Counted from the stretch's first letter, positions 28,053 to 38,556 are shown. The stretch: 64,000 nt of DNA from Planctomycetia bacterium (GCA_005792145.1 SXSS01000046.1:649-64648), one strand, 5' to 3'. Numbers and translations: made by a program. The notes: generated by a model from the letters alone, not told the origin.

Positions 28053-29622
28053 CGGCAGAATCCTCGGGGCGCATCAGAGGAAAGAGAATCACATCTCGAA
28101 TGGATGGACTGTCGGTCATCAGCATCACGAGGCGGTCGATGCCCAAGCCAACCCCTCCAGCTGGAGGCATGCCAGTTCGAAGGGCTGTAATGAAATCTTC
28201 ATCAAGTGTGCGCATGACTGCGTCTTCTTCTTCAACACCTTGCATTTGATCCGTGAACTTCGCAAGCTGAATATCAGGATCGTTCAGTTCCGTATATGCA
28301 GGACCGACTTCCATGCCACCAATAAAAATATCCCATCTCTCCGCAATTTCAGGGTTTTTTCGACTCGGCCGAGTCAGTGGACTGATGGCACTTGGATAGT
28401 CCATCACAAATGTTGGACGGCATGGATCGATCAACGCCTCTGCTTTGCGCTCGAATAGATCGTTCACCAGAAGCCAGTGATCGCGCGTAGCGGCGTGGGG
28501 CAAATGGGCCGCAACTGCGGATGCACGAACCTTCGCTTGATCGGTCATCGCAAATCCCATTGCGCGTTCGAAGAGATCTCCATATCTCACTTGCACAAAT
28601 GGTCTGTGATAATCAATGCGCATTTCGCCCCAAGGCAAAATCGGACCTTCCTCCGCGCGCGCGCACCAACCCTTGGCAAGCGATTCCTTCGCGCAGTGAT
28701 GAATCAGCGACTCAATCAGTTCGAGCATTGTTCCATAATCGCCAAACGCTTCGTACGCTTCGAGCGCAGTGAATTCTGGATTGTGACTTCGGTCTACTCC
28801 CTCGTTGCGAAAATTTCGGTTGATCTCGAAAACCTTTGGAAGTCCACCAACTAGCAACCGCTTCAGATACAACTCGGGCGCAATTCGCATAAAGAGCGGC
28901 ATTCCAAGGGCATTATGCGTTGTCACAAATGGTCTCGCCGCCGCGCCGCCAGCCACAGGATGCATCATCGGAGTCTCGACTTCCAGAAACCCACGAGTTT
29001 CCATGAAATGTCGAATCGCGCTGACGATGTGCGAACGAGCCTGAAATGTTTTGATCGTTTGCGGATTTGCAAACATATCCACATAGCGCCGGCGATATCG
29101 CAGTTCCGTATCTTCCAAGCCGTGCCATTTCGATGGAGGCGGTTCGAGATTCTTGGACTGAATCGACAACTGCTTTGCCCAAACGCATATCTCGCCCTTC
29201 TTCGTCTGGCCGATCCGACCTTCGGCGGAAATAATGTCGCCATAATCCAGCGCTTTGGCAACTTCGAAGTCATTGCTAGACATCGCGGACTTGGAAACAC
29301 TGATCTGTAAATCGCCAGAAGCATCGCGCAAGCCGATGAAAATGATTTTTCCCATATCGCGGTGCTGAACAATTCGTCCAGCAACAATGACGACTTTGCG
29401 GTCATCTGCAACGACCGCATCTGGATTTTCCTTCAAGACAGTGCTTGCATTGTCATAGGCGGCGTGCGCAGCGGCATCGAATTGCGCGCGCGCGGCTGAA
29501 AGAGGGATATTTCCATCCAAACGATTTCCAAAGGGTTCTACACCGAGTTCGGATTTGAGTCGCTCGAGCTTGATTCGACGCGCTGCGATCAATTCTGAAG
29601 ATGATGGCTCTGCATTCTGCAT
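28039..29622 (-). CDS. lysS: lysine--tRNA ligase (class II)
   Basis: Trimmed to the ATG at 29622 (MQNAEPSSSELIAARRIKLERL). It has an OB anticodon-binding domain and class II motifs (FRNEGVDRSHNPEFT, GGVGLGIDRLVM). Confidence 0.93.
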   Translation of the reverse strand: MQNAEPSSSELIAARRIKLERLKSELGVEPFGNRLDGNIPLSAARAQFDAAAHAAYDNASTVLKENPDAVVADDRKVVIVAGRIVQHRDMGKIIFIGLRDASGDLQISVSKSAMSSNDFEVAKALDYGDIISAEGRIGQTKKGEICVWAKQLSIQSKNLEPPPSKWHGLEDTELRYRRRYVDMFANPQTIKTFQARSHIVSAIRHFMETRGFLEVETPMMHPVAGGAAARPFVTTHNALGMPLFMRIAPELYLKRLLVGGLPKVFEINRNFRNEGVDRSHNPEFTALEAYEAFGDYGTMLELIESLIHHCAKESLAKGWCARAEEGPILPWGEMRIDYHRPFVQVRYGDLFERAMGFAMTDQAKVRASAVAAHLPHAATRDHWLLVNDLFERKAEALIDPCRPTFVMDYPSAISPLTRPSRKNPEIAERWDIFIGGMEVGPAYTELNDPDIQLAKFTDQMQGVEEEDAVMRTLDEDFITALRTGMPPAGGVGLGIDRLVMLMTDSPSIRDVILFPLMRPEDSADAAT

Positions 29623-29676
29623 CGTGCGATGATAATCAAGAGAGCGCAAGATCATTCGGCGGGGTACAGTCTCACC

Positions 29677-30799
29677 ATGTATTTCGAAACCCATCAGCCA
29701 GTTCTCGACGATCTTCAGGCGCGGATTTTAGCCATCCGCGACTCTCTTTAACTACCCAGACAAGGTCTCACAACGCGCGCGACTTGAAGCTCTCATGGGC
29801 GAGGGCGACTTCTGGAACGATCAGAAGCGAGCGCAAAAAGCGATCTCCGATTTGAAGGTCCTTCGAGCGATGCTCGATCCACTCGAAGAACTCGTGAAAG
29901 GCCACGAAGATGCAACGGTCGGGCTCGAACTTGCTCGCGAGGCGAATGATCGAGAAATGCTCATCGAAGTGGACACCACTCTGCATGAGTTGATGGCGCG
30001 AATGCAACGCGTGGAATTGCAAAGTCTCTTGTCGGAGCGTCACGATCATCGACACTGCTTCTTCGCAATTCAAGCAGGCGTCGGCGGAACCGAAGCAAAT
30101 GATTGGGCGCAGATGCTCGAGCGTATGTATTTGTATTACTGGGAATCGATGGGATTCAAGGTGGAAGAAATGAGTCGAACGCACGGAACCGAAACTGGTA
30201 TCGCCGAAGTCTCCTATGCGATTCGAGGTCCATTCGCATTCGGATATTCATCGTGTGAAGCAGGATCACACCGACTTGCGCGTGTGTCGCCGTTCAACGC
30301 TGAAGGAAAGCGACAGACTTCCTTTGCGACAGTCGATGTCACTCCAGAATTTGACGAATCTGAAATCGAAATCCCAGAACGCGACTTAGAAATTGTTGCG
30401 TTTGTTCGGGCGAGCGGACCTGGTGGACAGAATGTCAATAAGGTTGCATCTGCGATTCGCGTTGTGCACATTCCCACTGGAATTCAGGTGGTTGCCAACA
30501 CATTTCGAGATCAATCACAAAATCGAAAGCAAGCGCTTGCCGTGTTGATGTCAAAGCTGGAGCAGATTGCTCAAGAAAAGCGCGACGCAGAAATTTCCGA
30601 AGCCAAAGGTGGCAAGGTTGAACGCGGTTGGGGAACGCAAATTCGTTCCTATGTCTTTTATGACAACAGAGTGAAGGATCACCGCACGAACTATGAGGAG
30701 CCGAATCCACAAAATGTTCTCAACGGACATTTGAGTGCCTTCGTCGACGCTGAATTGAAGCGCCGTCGGCGTGAGCGTGATGGCGTGCAAGCCGAATAG
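29677..30799 (+). CDS. prfB: peptide chain release factor 2 (requires programmed +1 frameshift at 29746-29752)
   Basis: Frame 1 runs from the ATG at 29677 and encodes MYFETHQPVLDDLQARILAIRDSL, then TAA. The +1 frame continues NYPDKVSQRARLEALMGEGDFWNDQKRAQ... into listed ORF 29795..30799, which carries SGPGGQNVNKV. It aligns with E. coli RF2 across the junction. Confidence 0.9.
29746..29752 (+). promoter_or_regulatory. prfB +1 recoding site CTT TAA C
   Basis: Read directly: ...GAC TCT CTT TAA CTA CCC... The downstream frame is open from 29750. Confidence 0.8.
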
Positions 30800-30806
30800 A
30801 AAATCT

Positions 30807-32846
30807 ATGAACCTCCATCCTGCCAAAATTCGCTTTGTTGACTTCGGACGAATCGTCTGCAACGGAAACGAAGCATTCCGTCGTGAGTGGCTCATCACAA
30901 ACGGGATTGGCGGATATGCCTCTGGAACAATCGGCGGCGTGCGGACAAGGAAATATCACGCGGCACTTATCGCGGCGACAACACCTCCCGCCGTTCGCAC
31001 CTTTCTCCTTGGAGAAACTTCGCCAACGGCCACATATCGCGGAGTTCATTATCCGCTCAGCTCAAATCAATGGAAAGATGGATCAATCTCGCCGCAGGGA
31101 CACATTCGGCTTCAGAGATTTCATCTGGAAAATCAGATTCCCGTTTGGCGTTGGTCGTTTTCTGATGCACTCTTGGAACGCAGAATTTTCATGATCCATG
31201 GGGAAAACACCGTGTGCCAACATTGGACGCTCGTGCAGGCATCAAGCCCAATCCAACTGCAAATCGAAGTTCTTGTCGACAATCGAAGTCATCATCAACT
31301 TGGCAGACTCGATGCGGCAACTCCAGTCCTTGAACGCGCACCGCGTGGAATCCGACTGAGTTGGCCACATGTGAATGCAGGTGAGGGATCTGAACTTTTC
31401 GTGCAGTGCGACAAATCAGTACCAACTCCGACAGGCGAATGGTGGAAGGACTTTCTGCTCACCCAAGAGCGCGATCGCGGATACGACGCAATCGATTGTC
31501 TTTGGAGTGCCGCCAAGTTTGAGGTCATACTCGATCCAGGAACTTCGACGGACTTCACAGCATCGACCAAATCGCAGACCGCTCGTCCAGTTGGCGATGC
31601 ACTGCAAGTGGAACGAGCTCGCGCTGAATCGCTCTTTGCCATTTCGCAAGTTGACGAAAACAAACCCGCGCTCCAACAGTTATTGCTGGCCTGCGACCAA
31701 TTCATCGTCAAGCGAAAACGCAAAGGTCCACAAGGTGGCGACGGAATCTCGATCATCGCAGGCTATCCCTGGTTCGCTGATTGGAGCCGTGATGCGATGC
31801 TTTCGATTGCTGGCCTATTGCTTGCGACTCGCAGAACTGCGGAAGCTCAGACATTGCTCTTGACATATGGCGACTATCTCGATGGTGGCATGCTGCCAAA
31901 TCGTTTTCCAGATCATGATGGCGATGCGCTGGAATACAACAGTGTTGATGCGCCACTCCTGATGATCATCGCTGCAGAAAAGGTTTTCGCCGCAGGAAAT
32001 GATGCCAAGTGGCTTGCAGAAATGTGGCCGGGATTGCAATCGATTATCGAGGCATACACCAAGGGAACTCGCCATGGAATCAGCGTCGATCCCAAGGATG
32101 GGCTCGTGCGTGCTGGTGAAAATGGAATTCAGTTGACTTGGATGGATGCAAAGGTCGGCGATCGAGTGATCACTCCACGACAGGGTAAACCAATTGAGAT
32201 CAACGCTTTCTGGTTCCAAGCACTGATGGCAATGAAAACGCTCGCAACAGCACTGAAGCAACCAACGGATGCGTACGAACAAGCTGCTATGCGAGTCCAA
32301 AAATCATTCGGGGCATTCTGGAATCACGACCGATCATGTTGTCTTGATGTGATCGACGGACCAAATGGTTCCGAAAATTTACTGCGCCCAAATCAACTCT
32401 TCGCATCAGCAGTGAATGAAGATCTCTTGCCACAGGGTCAACGCAAAGCAATCATCGACTTGTGTATGGCTCGACTCTGGACACCGCAGGGACTTCGCAC
32501 GCTCAGTCCAGATGATCCGGCGTATTGCGGCAACTATGGCGGCGATCCTGCATCGCGCGACGGCGCATATCACCAAGGAACAGTTTGGCCTTGGCTCTTT
32601 ATGCCAATGGTTCGAACTCACTTTGGGGTTTATAAAGACGCGCAAGCAATCCAAGACTTTCTCTTTCCGTTCATAAATCATCTACGCGAGGCAGGACTCG
32701 GTTCGGTCAGCGAAATTTTCAGCGGCGATGCGCCACACCAACCTCAGGGATGCTTCGCGCAAGCTTGGAGCGTCGCGGTATTGCTTGAATTGATGGAATG
32801 GATGCGATCCAGCACCGGGATTTTGGCAAGTACGATGAAGTCATAA
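30807..32846 (+). CDS. glycogen debranching enzyme (amylo-alpha-1,6-glucosidase, GDE_N + GDE_C type)
   Basis: ATG at 30807. It contains REWLITNGIGGYASGTIGGVRTRKYHAAL at the N-terminus and GYPWFADWSRDAMLSIAGLLL...YNSVDAPLL. Confidence 0.85.
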   Translation: MNLHPAKIRFVDFGRIVCNGNEAFRREWLITNGIGGYASGTIGGVRTRKYHAALIAATTPPAVRTFLLGETSPTATYRGVHYPLSSNQWKDGSISPQGHIRLQRFHLENQIPVWRWSFSDALLERRIFMIHGENTVCQHWTLVQASSPIQLQIEVLVDNRSHHQLGRLDAATPVLERAPRGIRLSWPHVNAGEGSELFVQCDKSVPTPTGEWWKDFLLTQERDRGYDAIDCLWSAAKFEVILDPGTSTDFTASTKSQTARPVGDALQVERARAESLFAISQVDENKPALQQLLLACDQFIVKRKRKGPQGGDGISIIAGYPWFADWSRDAMLSIAGLLLATRRTAEAQTLLLTYGDYLDGGMLPNRFPDHDGDALEYNSVDAPLLMIIAAEKVFAAGNDAKWLAEMWPGLQSIIEAYTKGTRHGISVDPKDGLVRAGENGIQLTWMDAKVGDRVITPRQGKPIEINAFWFQALMAMKTLATALKQPTDAYEQAAMRVQKSFGAFWNHDRSCCLDVIDGPNGSENLLRPNQLFASAVNEDLLPQGQRKAIIDLCMARLWTPQGLRTLSPDDPAYCGNYGGDPASRDGAYHQGTVWPWLFMPMVRTHFGVYKDAQAIQDFLFPFINHLREAGLGSVSEIFSGDAPHQPQGCFAQAWSVAVLLELMEWMRSSTGILASTMKS

Positions 32847-32872
32847 TTGTTCAACAAACGCACCTATATAAC

Positions 32873-35596
32873 ATGGCAATGACTCCTGAAAAACAACCTG
32901 CATCGACGGACGCCGAACAGTCGCGAATCAATGACCTTCATGCAGGTCGAGCAAAGTGGCGTGACTTTGGTCCATTCTTGTCCGACCGACAATGGGGAAC
33001 GGTGCGGGAGGATTATTCCCCAGATGGTTCCGCGTGGAGATACTTCCCCCATGATCAAGCGCGTAGTCGCGCCTATCGCTGGGGCGAAGATGGAATCGCT
33101 GGGTTCTGCGATCAAAAACAATTGCTTTGTCTTTCCTTGGCCCTTTGGAATGAACAAGATCCCATTCTCAAAGAACGTTACTTCGGACTCACGAATGAAG
33201 AAGGCAATCATGGCGAAGACGTCAAGGAAAACTATTGGTTTCTCGATGCGGTTCCAAGCGGATCGTGGCAACGGATGCTCTATAAATATCCACAGCGCGC
33301 ATATCCATATGACGAAATTGTGCGGGTGAATGCCGCTCGAAGCAGACTGGAACGCGAGTTCGAATTGATCGACACTGGGATCTTCGACGACAACCGATAC
33401 TTCGATGTCTTTATTGACTATGCAAAAGCAGACGCATCGGACATTCTGATGCGCATCGAGGTTTTCAATCGAGGTCCTGACACTGCGAAGATTCATGTTC
33501 TGCCCACTGCGCTCTTTCGCAATACATGGACTTGGACGAATAGCCAGCGCCCTGTGATGACAGAAACAAAGACCTCTACCGGTTCGCAGATCGACATCAC
33601 GCATGGCGATATGGCGCCAATGAAATTGCAGTGCGAAGGCACGCCCGAATTGTTGTTTTGCGAAAACGAAACGAATGTGGAGCTATTGAATGGATTGCCA
33701 CGCAATGGGAAATTCTTCAAAGATGGAATCAATGATCTTGTTGTAAACAAGGCTGTAAACACCGTCAATCCAGCCAAGACTGGCACAAAGATGTCGGCTC
33801 AATATGTTCTTGAGATTGCACCCGGTCAATCGAAGGTCGTTCGTATTCGTCTCAGTCCAGCAACGGCGAAAGCCGGATTTGCCGACTTCGAAGCGATCAT
33901 GACCAATCGAAAGAGTGAGGCGGACGATTTTTATGCGCAGAAGCAAACGCTCATCGACGATCCAGAACTGCGAAAAATTCAGAGACAAGCGTGGGGTGGA
34001 CTGCTGTGGAGTCAACAGACATATTCTTATGAAGTTCGAAAATGGATCGCAGGTGATTCTGCGATGCCTCCGCCACCTTCATCACGAAAGACTGGACGCA
34101 ACAGCGATTGGCAGCATTTGGACAATCACTTTGTCTTCTGCATGCCCGACTCTTGGGAATATCCGTGGTACGCCTCTTGGGATCTTGCTTTCCACTGTGT
34201 GGCATTATCGGAAATCGATGCAGAAGAAGCGAAGCGGCAACTTACGCACCTCATGATCGATCGATCGATGCACCCAAACGGGCAGATTCCTGCTTACGAA
34301 TGGGCCTTCGGCGACGTCAATCCTCCTGTGCACGCATGGGCTGCGCTGCGTATTTACGAAATCGATCGTCTGCAAACTGGAAAGCCTGATGATGGATTCT
34401 TGCGCCAGATTTTCCACCGCTTGTTATTGAATTTCACGTGGTGGGTCAATCGAAAAGATGCCGATGGACGCAATTTATTCGCCGGTGGATTCTTGGGACT
34501 TGACAATGTGGGCGTGTTCGATCGAAGTGCGGACTTGCCATCGGGCGCGGTTTTGCAACAAGCCGATGGAACAGCGTGGATGGGAATGTTCGCATTGAAC
34601 ATGATGCATATGTCGGTCGAACTTGCTTTGCATGACGGTATCTATCAAGACATGGCGATGAAGTTCTTTATGCACTTTCTCGAAATCGCTTCGGCAATGG
34701 CTGACTTTGCAGGTACTGGTGAAGGACTTTGGGATGATGTTGATAAATTTTATTATGACCGACTTCGCTTCCCATCAGGCGAGACAATGCCGATGCGCGT
34801 CCAATCGATCGTCGGTCTATTGCCACTGACTGCTGTGCAGGTGATGAATCCAGAACGCCTTGCTCGCCTTCCACTCTTCAAAGAGCGCATCGAATGGGTC
34901 TTTGAAACAAGACCAGATCTCGCAAACCTCGTCTCGCACTGGAATCAATCTGGCAGAGGAGATCAACGCCTGTTTTCTCTTCTGCGTGGTCACCGAATGA
35001 AATGCTTGCTTCGCCGAATGCTTGACGAGAGCCAATTTCTTTCCGAGTTCGGAATCCGATCGATGTCGCGGGCGCTTGAAAATGATCCATATGTCTTTTG
35101 GCACGATGGGACAAGTCTGTCTGTTCGATATTGCCCTGGAGAAAGTGCAACGGGTGCATTTGGAGGAAACAGCAATTGGCGCGGCCCGATTTGGTTCCCA
35201 GTCAATTATCTGATCATCGAAAGTCTTCTTCGCTTTCACGAGTATTACGGCGACGACTTTAAGATTGAATGCCCAACAGGTTCGAAAAATATGATCACCC
35301 TTGAAGATGCAGCAAAAGAAGTCGCCACTCGACTGATCAAACTCTTCCGTATGGACGACAAAGGTCGACGCCCATCGCTTGGAGATCATCACAAGATGCA
35401 AGATGATCCAAACTTTTCTGATCACATTCTCTTCAGCGAATATTTTGAAGGGAATACTGGGCGCGGATGCGGTGCGTCACATCAAACTGGCTGGACGGCG
35501 ATGGTCGCGCATCTCATCACGCAGTTTGCGTCAACCGCATCGAAGACGACCAAAGCGAACTCGCCTTCCAACACCATCGAGAAAATCAAAGCGTGA
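32873..35596 (+). CDS. GH63-like glycoside hydrolase (large glucosidase family)
   Basis: ATG at 32873. It contains WRDFGPFLSDRQWGTVREDYSPDGSAWRYFPHDQARSRAYRWGEDGIAGFCD, and the C-terminal (alpha/alpha)6-type region has WEYPWYASWDLAFH and GASHQTGWTA. Confidence 0.75.
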   Translation: MAMTPEKQPASTDAEQSRINDLHAGRAKWRDFGPFLSDRQWGTVREDYSPDGSAWRYFPHDQARSRAYRWGEDGIAGFCDQKQLLCLSLALWNEQDPILKERYFGLTNEEGNHGEDVKENYWFLDAVPSGSWQRMLYKYPQRAYPYDEIVRVNAARSRLEREFELIDTGIFDDNRYFDVFIDYAKADASDILMRIEVFNRGPDTAKIHVLPTALFRNTWTWTNSQRPVMTETKTSTGSQIDITHGDMAPMKLQCEGTPELLFCENETNVELLNGLPRNGKFFKDGINDLVVNKAVNTVNPAKTGTKMSAQYVLEIAPGQSKVVRIRLSPATAKAGFADFEAIMTNRKSEADDFYAQKQTLIDDPELRKIQRQAWGGLLWSQQTYSYEVRKWIAGDSAMPPPPSSRKTGRNSDWQHLDNHFVFCMPDSWEYPWYASWDLAFHCVALSEIDAEEAKRQLTHLMIDRSMHPNGQIPAYEWAFGDVNPPVHAWAALRIYEIDRLQTGKPDDGFLRQIFHRLLLNFTWWVNRKDADGRNLFAGGFLGLDNVGVFDRSADLPSGAVLQQADGTAWMGMFALNMMHMSVELALHDGIYQDMAMKFFMHFLEIASAMADFAGTGEGLWDDVDKFYYDRLRFPSGETMPMRVQSIVGLLPLTAVQVMNPERLARLPLFKERIEWVFETRPDLANLVSHWNQSGRGDQRLFSLLRGHRMKCLLRRMLDESQFLSEFGIRSMSRALENDPYVFWHDGTSLSVRYCPGESATGAFGGNSNWRGPIWFPVNYLIIESLLRFHEYYGDDFKIECPTGSKNMITLEDAAKEVATRLIKLFRMDDKGRRPSLGDHHKMQDDPNFSDHILFSEYFEGNTGRGCGASHQTGWTAMVAHLITQFASTASKTTKANSPSNTIEKIKA

Positions 35597-38556
35597 ATCA
35601 AACCTCACGGACACTCTCTCGATTGAGTGCTGGCGCAGCGGTTTTGAGCAGTATTGGATTCCTCGTTTTCAGAGCCGTGGATAGTTCATACAAAGGAATG
35701 GAATCGGACCTTGTCTTCGCCTTTTCAGCGACCCTCTTGCTGTTATGTGCGCTGATCGTTCTGCTGCCAAATTGGAATTGGTGGACCGTTTTGGCGCGTG
35801 TTCTCGCCATCGTGCTTTTGGTTGCAGCGTGTGTGGGAATTGTCATCCCAAACACACTTGCAAGTCCAGGTCTGAAGGCAGCGCTGGAATTGCTTGCGAT
35901 AGCCTGCGTCGCAACAACACTTCGCACAACAGCTGGGCGTTGGCTTGTCGCTCTTCCTTCAAGTGCATTGCTTGGGCTGTTGTTGTACGCGTGGCTTTCC
36001 CCCAATGCACCAGAGTTCGATATCCGCATTGCTGACAGCCTGGCAGATATAGGCAACTTATCGAAAATTGTATTTGCTTCAGCCGGACTGGCTCTTTTAA
36101 TTCGTGCGTGGATTGATGCTCCCGTCCGAAGCCTGAGAATGCCAAATTGGATCGGCCTCTCGGTGAGTGTGATTTGTATCGCTCTCTCTTTCTGCGCATG
36201 GCATCATTCTTCCAATAACGAAAAGGCGAATTTGAAGCAAAATCAACTCAATATCGCCTATGCAAATAGCGTTGTCAAGGTTGTCGGACAAAGAGGAATT
36301 GACCGACTTATAAGCGAATTCAAAAATCTCGATGATAAATTTGATCCATATACAGATTCGAATAGTGCCGCTGTTCTTGCGGATGTCAATCAAGCGATGC
36401 AAAGCTCGCCAGCGATTATCGCGATCGGTTGGGCTCAAGGATCAGGCCACATCATTTGGATTAAAACCTCAGCTTTACTTTCAGAGGAAATCCAGTTGGA
36501 GTTCCGTGATATTAAAGTCAGTACAACAGCGGTTGAAATGGCGAAACAGAGTGATTCAATAGTCATTGATCGTCCGATTAGGCTGAACGAGATTTCAGCG
36601 TCTATCTTGCTCATTGCTCCTCCAGAGTATGAAGGTGAATATGTCCTGCTCCTGAACGTTGGAGTGATGATGGACTTCATCGAAAGCACCTTCGCAAATG
36701 GATTCGAAGTGGAGGCATATCTGAATGACACATTTCTCTGTGAACGTGGCGCCAGTAATGGAAAGAGCATTATTGGAAGTGGAAACAAATTTTTATTGGG
36801 TGGCGATTATTTTGAAATAAAACTGCAACAGATTCTTTCCTCGAATGCGAACCGTGCAAAGAATTTCGTAGCAATGTTGCTCTGGCTCAGTTTGGCTGTG
36901 TCGGTTCTGCTTGGGCTGACATTATTCCTCGCCCAATCTTCCGCACACCGCGCCAATCTTTCTGCGCGCTCACGAAGTCAGTTGGAACAACTTATAGAAG
37001 GTGCGAAACAAGTTGCAATTGTTGCGACTGATCGATCAGGCCTCGTCACCATCTTCAATCACGCGGCAGAGCGCCTCTCTGGTTGGAACGCCAATGACTT
37101 GCTGAAAAAACGTGACGTAACTTGCTTGTTTGATGTCGATGAATTGAACGACATTGTTCCATCCGCAACAGGGGCGAATGCGTTTGCATCGCTGGCAAGA
37201 TTGGCGGACGATCAGCGAGCGCATGAACGGGATTGGACATTGAAACGACACGATGGGGGAAATCGCCGTATCAACCTCGCGGCAAATCCTTGGCGAGATT
37301 CCGATGGAGAATTGCTGGGATATCTCTTTGTCGCAGTCGATGTGACCGAACGCGAATCGGCAATGCGGGCACTCGACCATGCTCGCAAAATTGCGGATCG
37401 CGCAAACAATCTGAAGAGTTCATTTTTGGCCAATGTCAGCCACGAGATCCGAACTCCTATGACCGCGATTCTTGGATTTGCCGATCTTTTAAATGAAAGC
37501 CAGACGAGCGAATCGGAGCGAATTGAGTTTGCTCAAATTATTCGAAAGAATGGCGAGCATCTGCTGGAAGTGCTCAACGACATTCTAGATATTTCCAAGA
37601 TCGAAGCTGGACATCTGCGTATCGAAATGATCGAAGTTCGGCTTCCGGAAATCCTCGACGAAGTCATTCAATTGATGCGGCTTCGGGCGCGCAAGAGTTC
37701 GCTCGAACTGACGGTGACTTGCGAAGGCGATGAAACCGATCGTCTTGTGCGCACGGATCCACTGCGTGTGCGGCAAATTTTGGTCAACCTGATTGGAAAT
37801 GCGATCAAATTCACAAAGCGTGGCAGCGTGACTGTTCTGCTGCGTGCGCATGTTGAAGAGAATGCGCTTGTTGCTGAGATTGAGGTACGAGATACGGGAA
37901 TCGGCATTTCTGCAGAGCAAATTCAAGCGCTCTTTCAAAGCTATGAGCAGGGTGATTCCAGTACTGCACGTCGGTTTGGAGGAACAGGGCTGGGCTTGGC
38001 AATTTCGCAGAGGCTGGCGCGAATGCTCGATGGATCGATCACAGTTCGCTCGACGGTCGACAAGGGAAGTTCATTTACATTTTGCTTTCTGGCGCCACTT
38101 GCAACAAGTTTTGTTGAAGCAACAACTGCAGGCTCTGAAATTGTGCATGCAATCATTCGCCTCGAGGGCCGACGAATTCTTCTTGTCGATGACAGTCTTG
38201 ACAATCAACGACTCGTCTCAATGCTCTTGCGCAGAGCGGGCGCGGAAGTGGAGATCGCCGAACATGGTCGCGCGGCCATCGAAGCAATTGCGCTGGGTGG
38301 ATCTTTGGGTGGATCTCATCGTGAATTCGATGTCATTCTGTTGGATATGCAAATGCCAGAATTGGACGGCTATGCGACAGCACGAGAATTGCGTGCCAGT
38401 GGATATCGCGGGCGAATCGTTGCGTTGACTGGAAACGCGGCAGAAGATGATCGAGGCCGATGTATTGCGGCGGGATGTGACGACTATTCGCTCAAGCCAG
38501 TCGTGCGCGCAAAACTCCTGGCAATTTGTGCGCCACAGCAACCCCCTACTGCCTGA
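35593..38556 (+). CDS. hybrid sensor histidine kinase / response regulator
   Basis: The GTG at 35593 overlaps the upstream TGA (GTGA); an alternative ATG is at 35698. It has multi-TM N-terminal and sensor regions, a PAS-like segment, an H-box FLANVSHEIRTPMTAI, HATPase motifs (GNAIKFT, DTGIGIS, GGTGLGLAIS) and REC (LLVDDS...LLDMQMPELDGY). Confidence 0.88.
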   Translation: MNQTSRTLSRLSAGAAVLSSIGFLVFRAVDSSYKGMESDLVFAFSATLLLLCALIVLLPNWNWWTVLARVLAIVLLVAACVGIVIPNTLASPGLKAALELLAIACVATTLRTTAGRWLVALPSSALLGLLLYAWLSPNAPEFDIRIADSLADIGNLSKIVFASAGLALLIRAWIDAPVRSLRMPNWIGLSVSVICIALSFCAWHHSSNNEKANLKQNQLNIAYANSVVKVVGQRGIDRLISEFKNLDDKFDPYTDSNSAAVLADVNQAMQSSPAIIAIGWAQGSGHIIWIKTSALLSEEIQLEFRDIKVSTTAVEMAKQSDSIVIDRPIRLNEISASILLIAPPEYEGEYVLLLNVGVMMDFIESTFANGFEVEAYLNDTFLCERGASNGKSIIGSGNKFLLGGDYFEIKLQQILSSNANRAKNFVAMLLWLSLAVSVLLGLTLFLAQSSAHRANLSARSRSQLEQLIEGAKQVAIVATDRSGLVTIFNHAAERLSGWNANDLLKKRDVTCLFDVDELNDIVPSATGANAFASLARLADDQRAHERDWTLKRHDGGNRRINLAANPWRDSDGELLGYLFVAVDVTERESAMRALDHARKIADRANNLKSSFLANVSHEIRTPMTAILGFADLLNESQTSESERIEFAQIIRKNGEHLLEVLNDILDISKIEAGHLRIEMIEVRLPEILDEVIQLMRLRARKSSLELTVTCEGDETDRLVRTDPLRVRQILVNLIGNAIKFTKRGSVTVLLRAHVEENALVAEIEVRDTGIGISAEQIQALFQSYEQGDSSTARRFGGTGLGLAISQRLARMLDGSITVRSTVDKGSSFTFCFLAPLATSFVEATTAGSEIVHAIIRLEGRRILLVDDSLDNQRLVSMLLRRAGAEVEIAEHGRAAIEAIALGGSLGGSHREFDVILLDMQMPELDGYATARELRASGYRGRIVALTGNAAEDDRGRCIAAGCDDYSLKPVVRAKLLAICAPQQPPTA

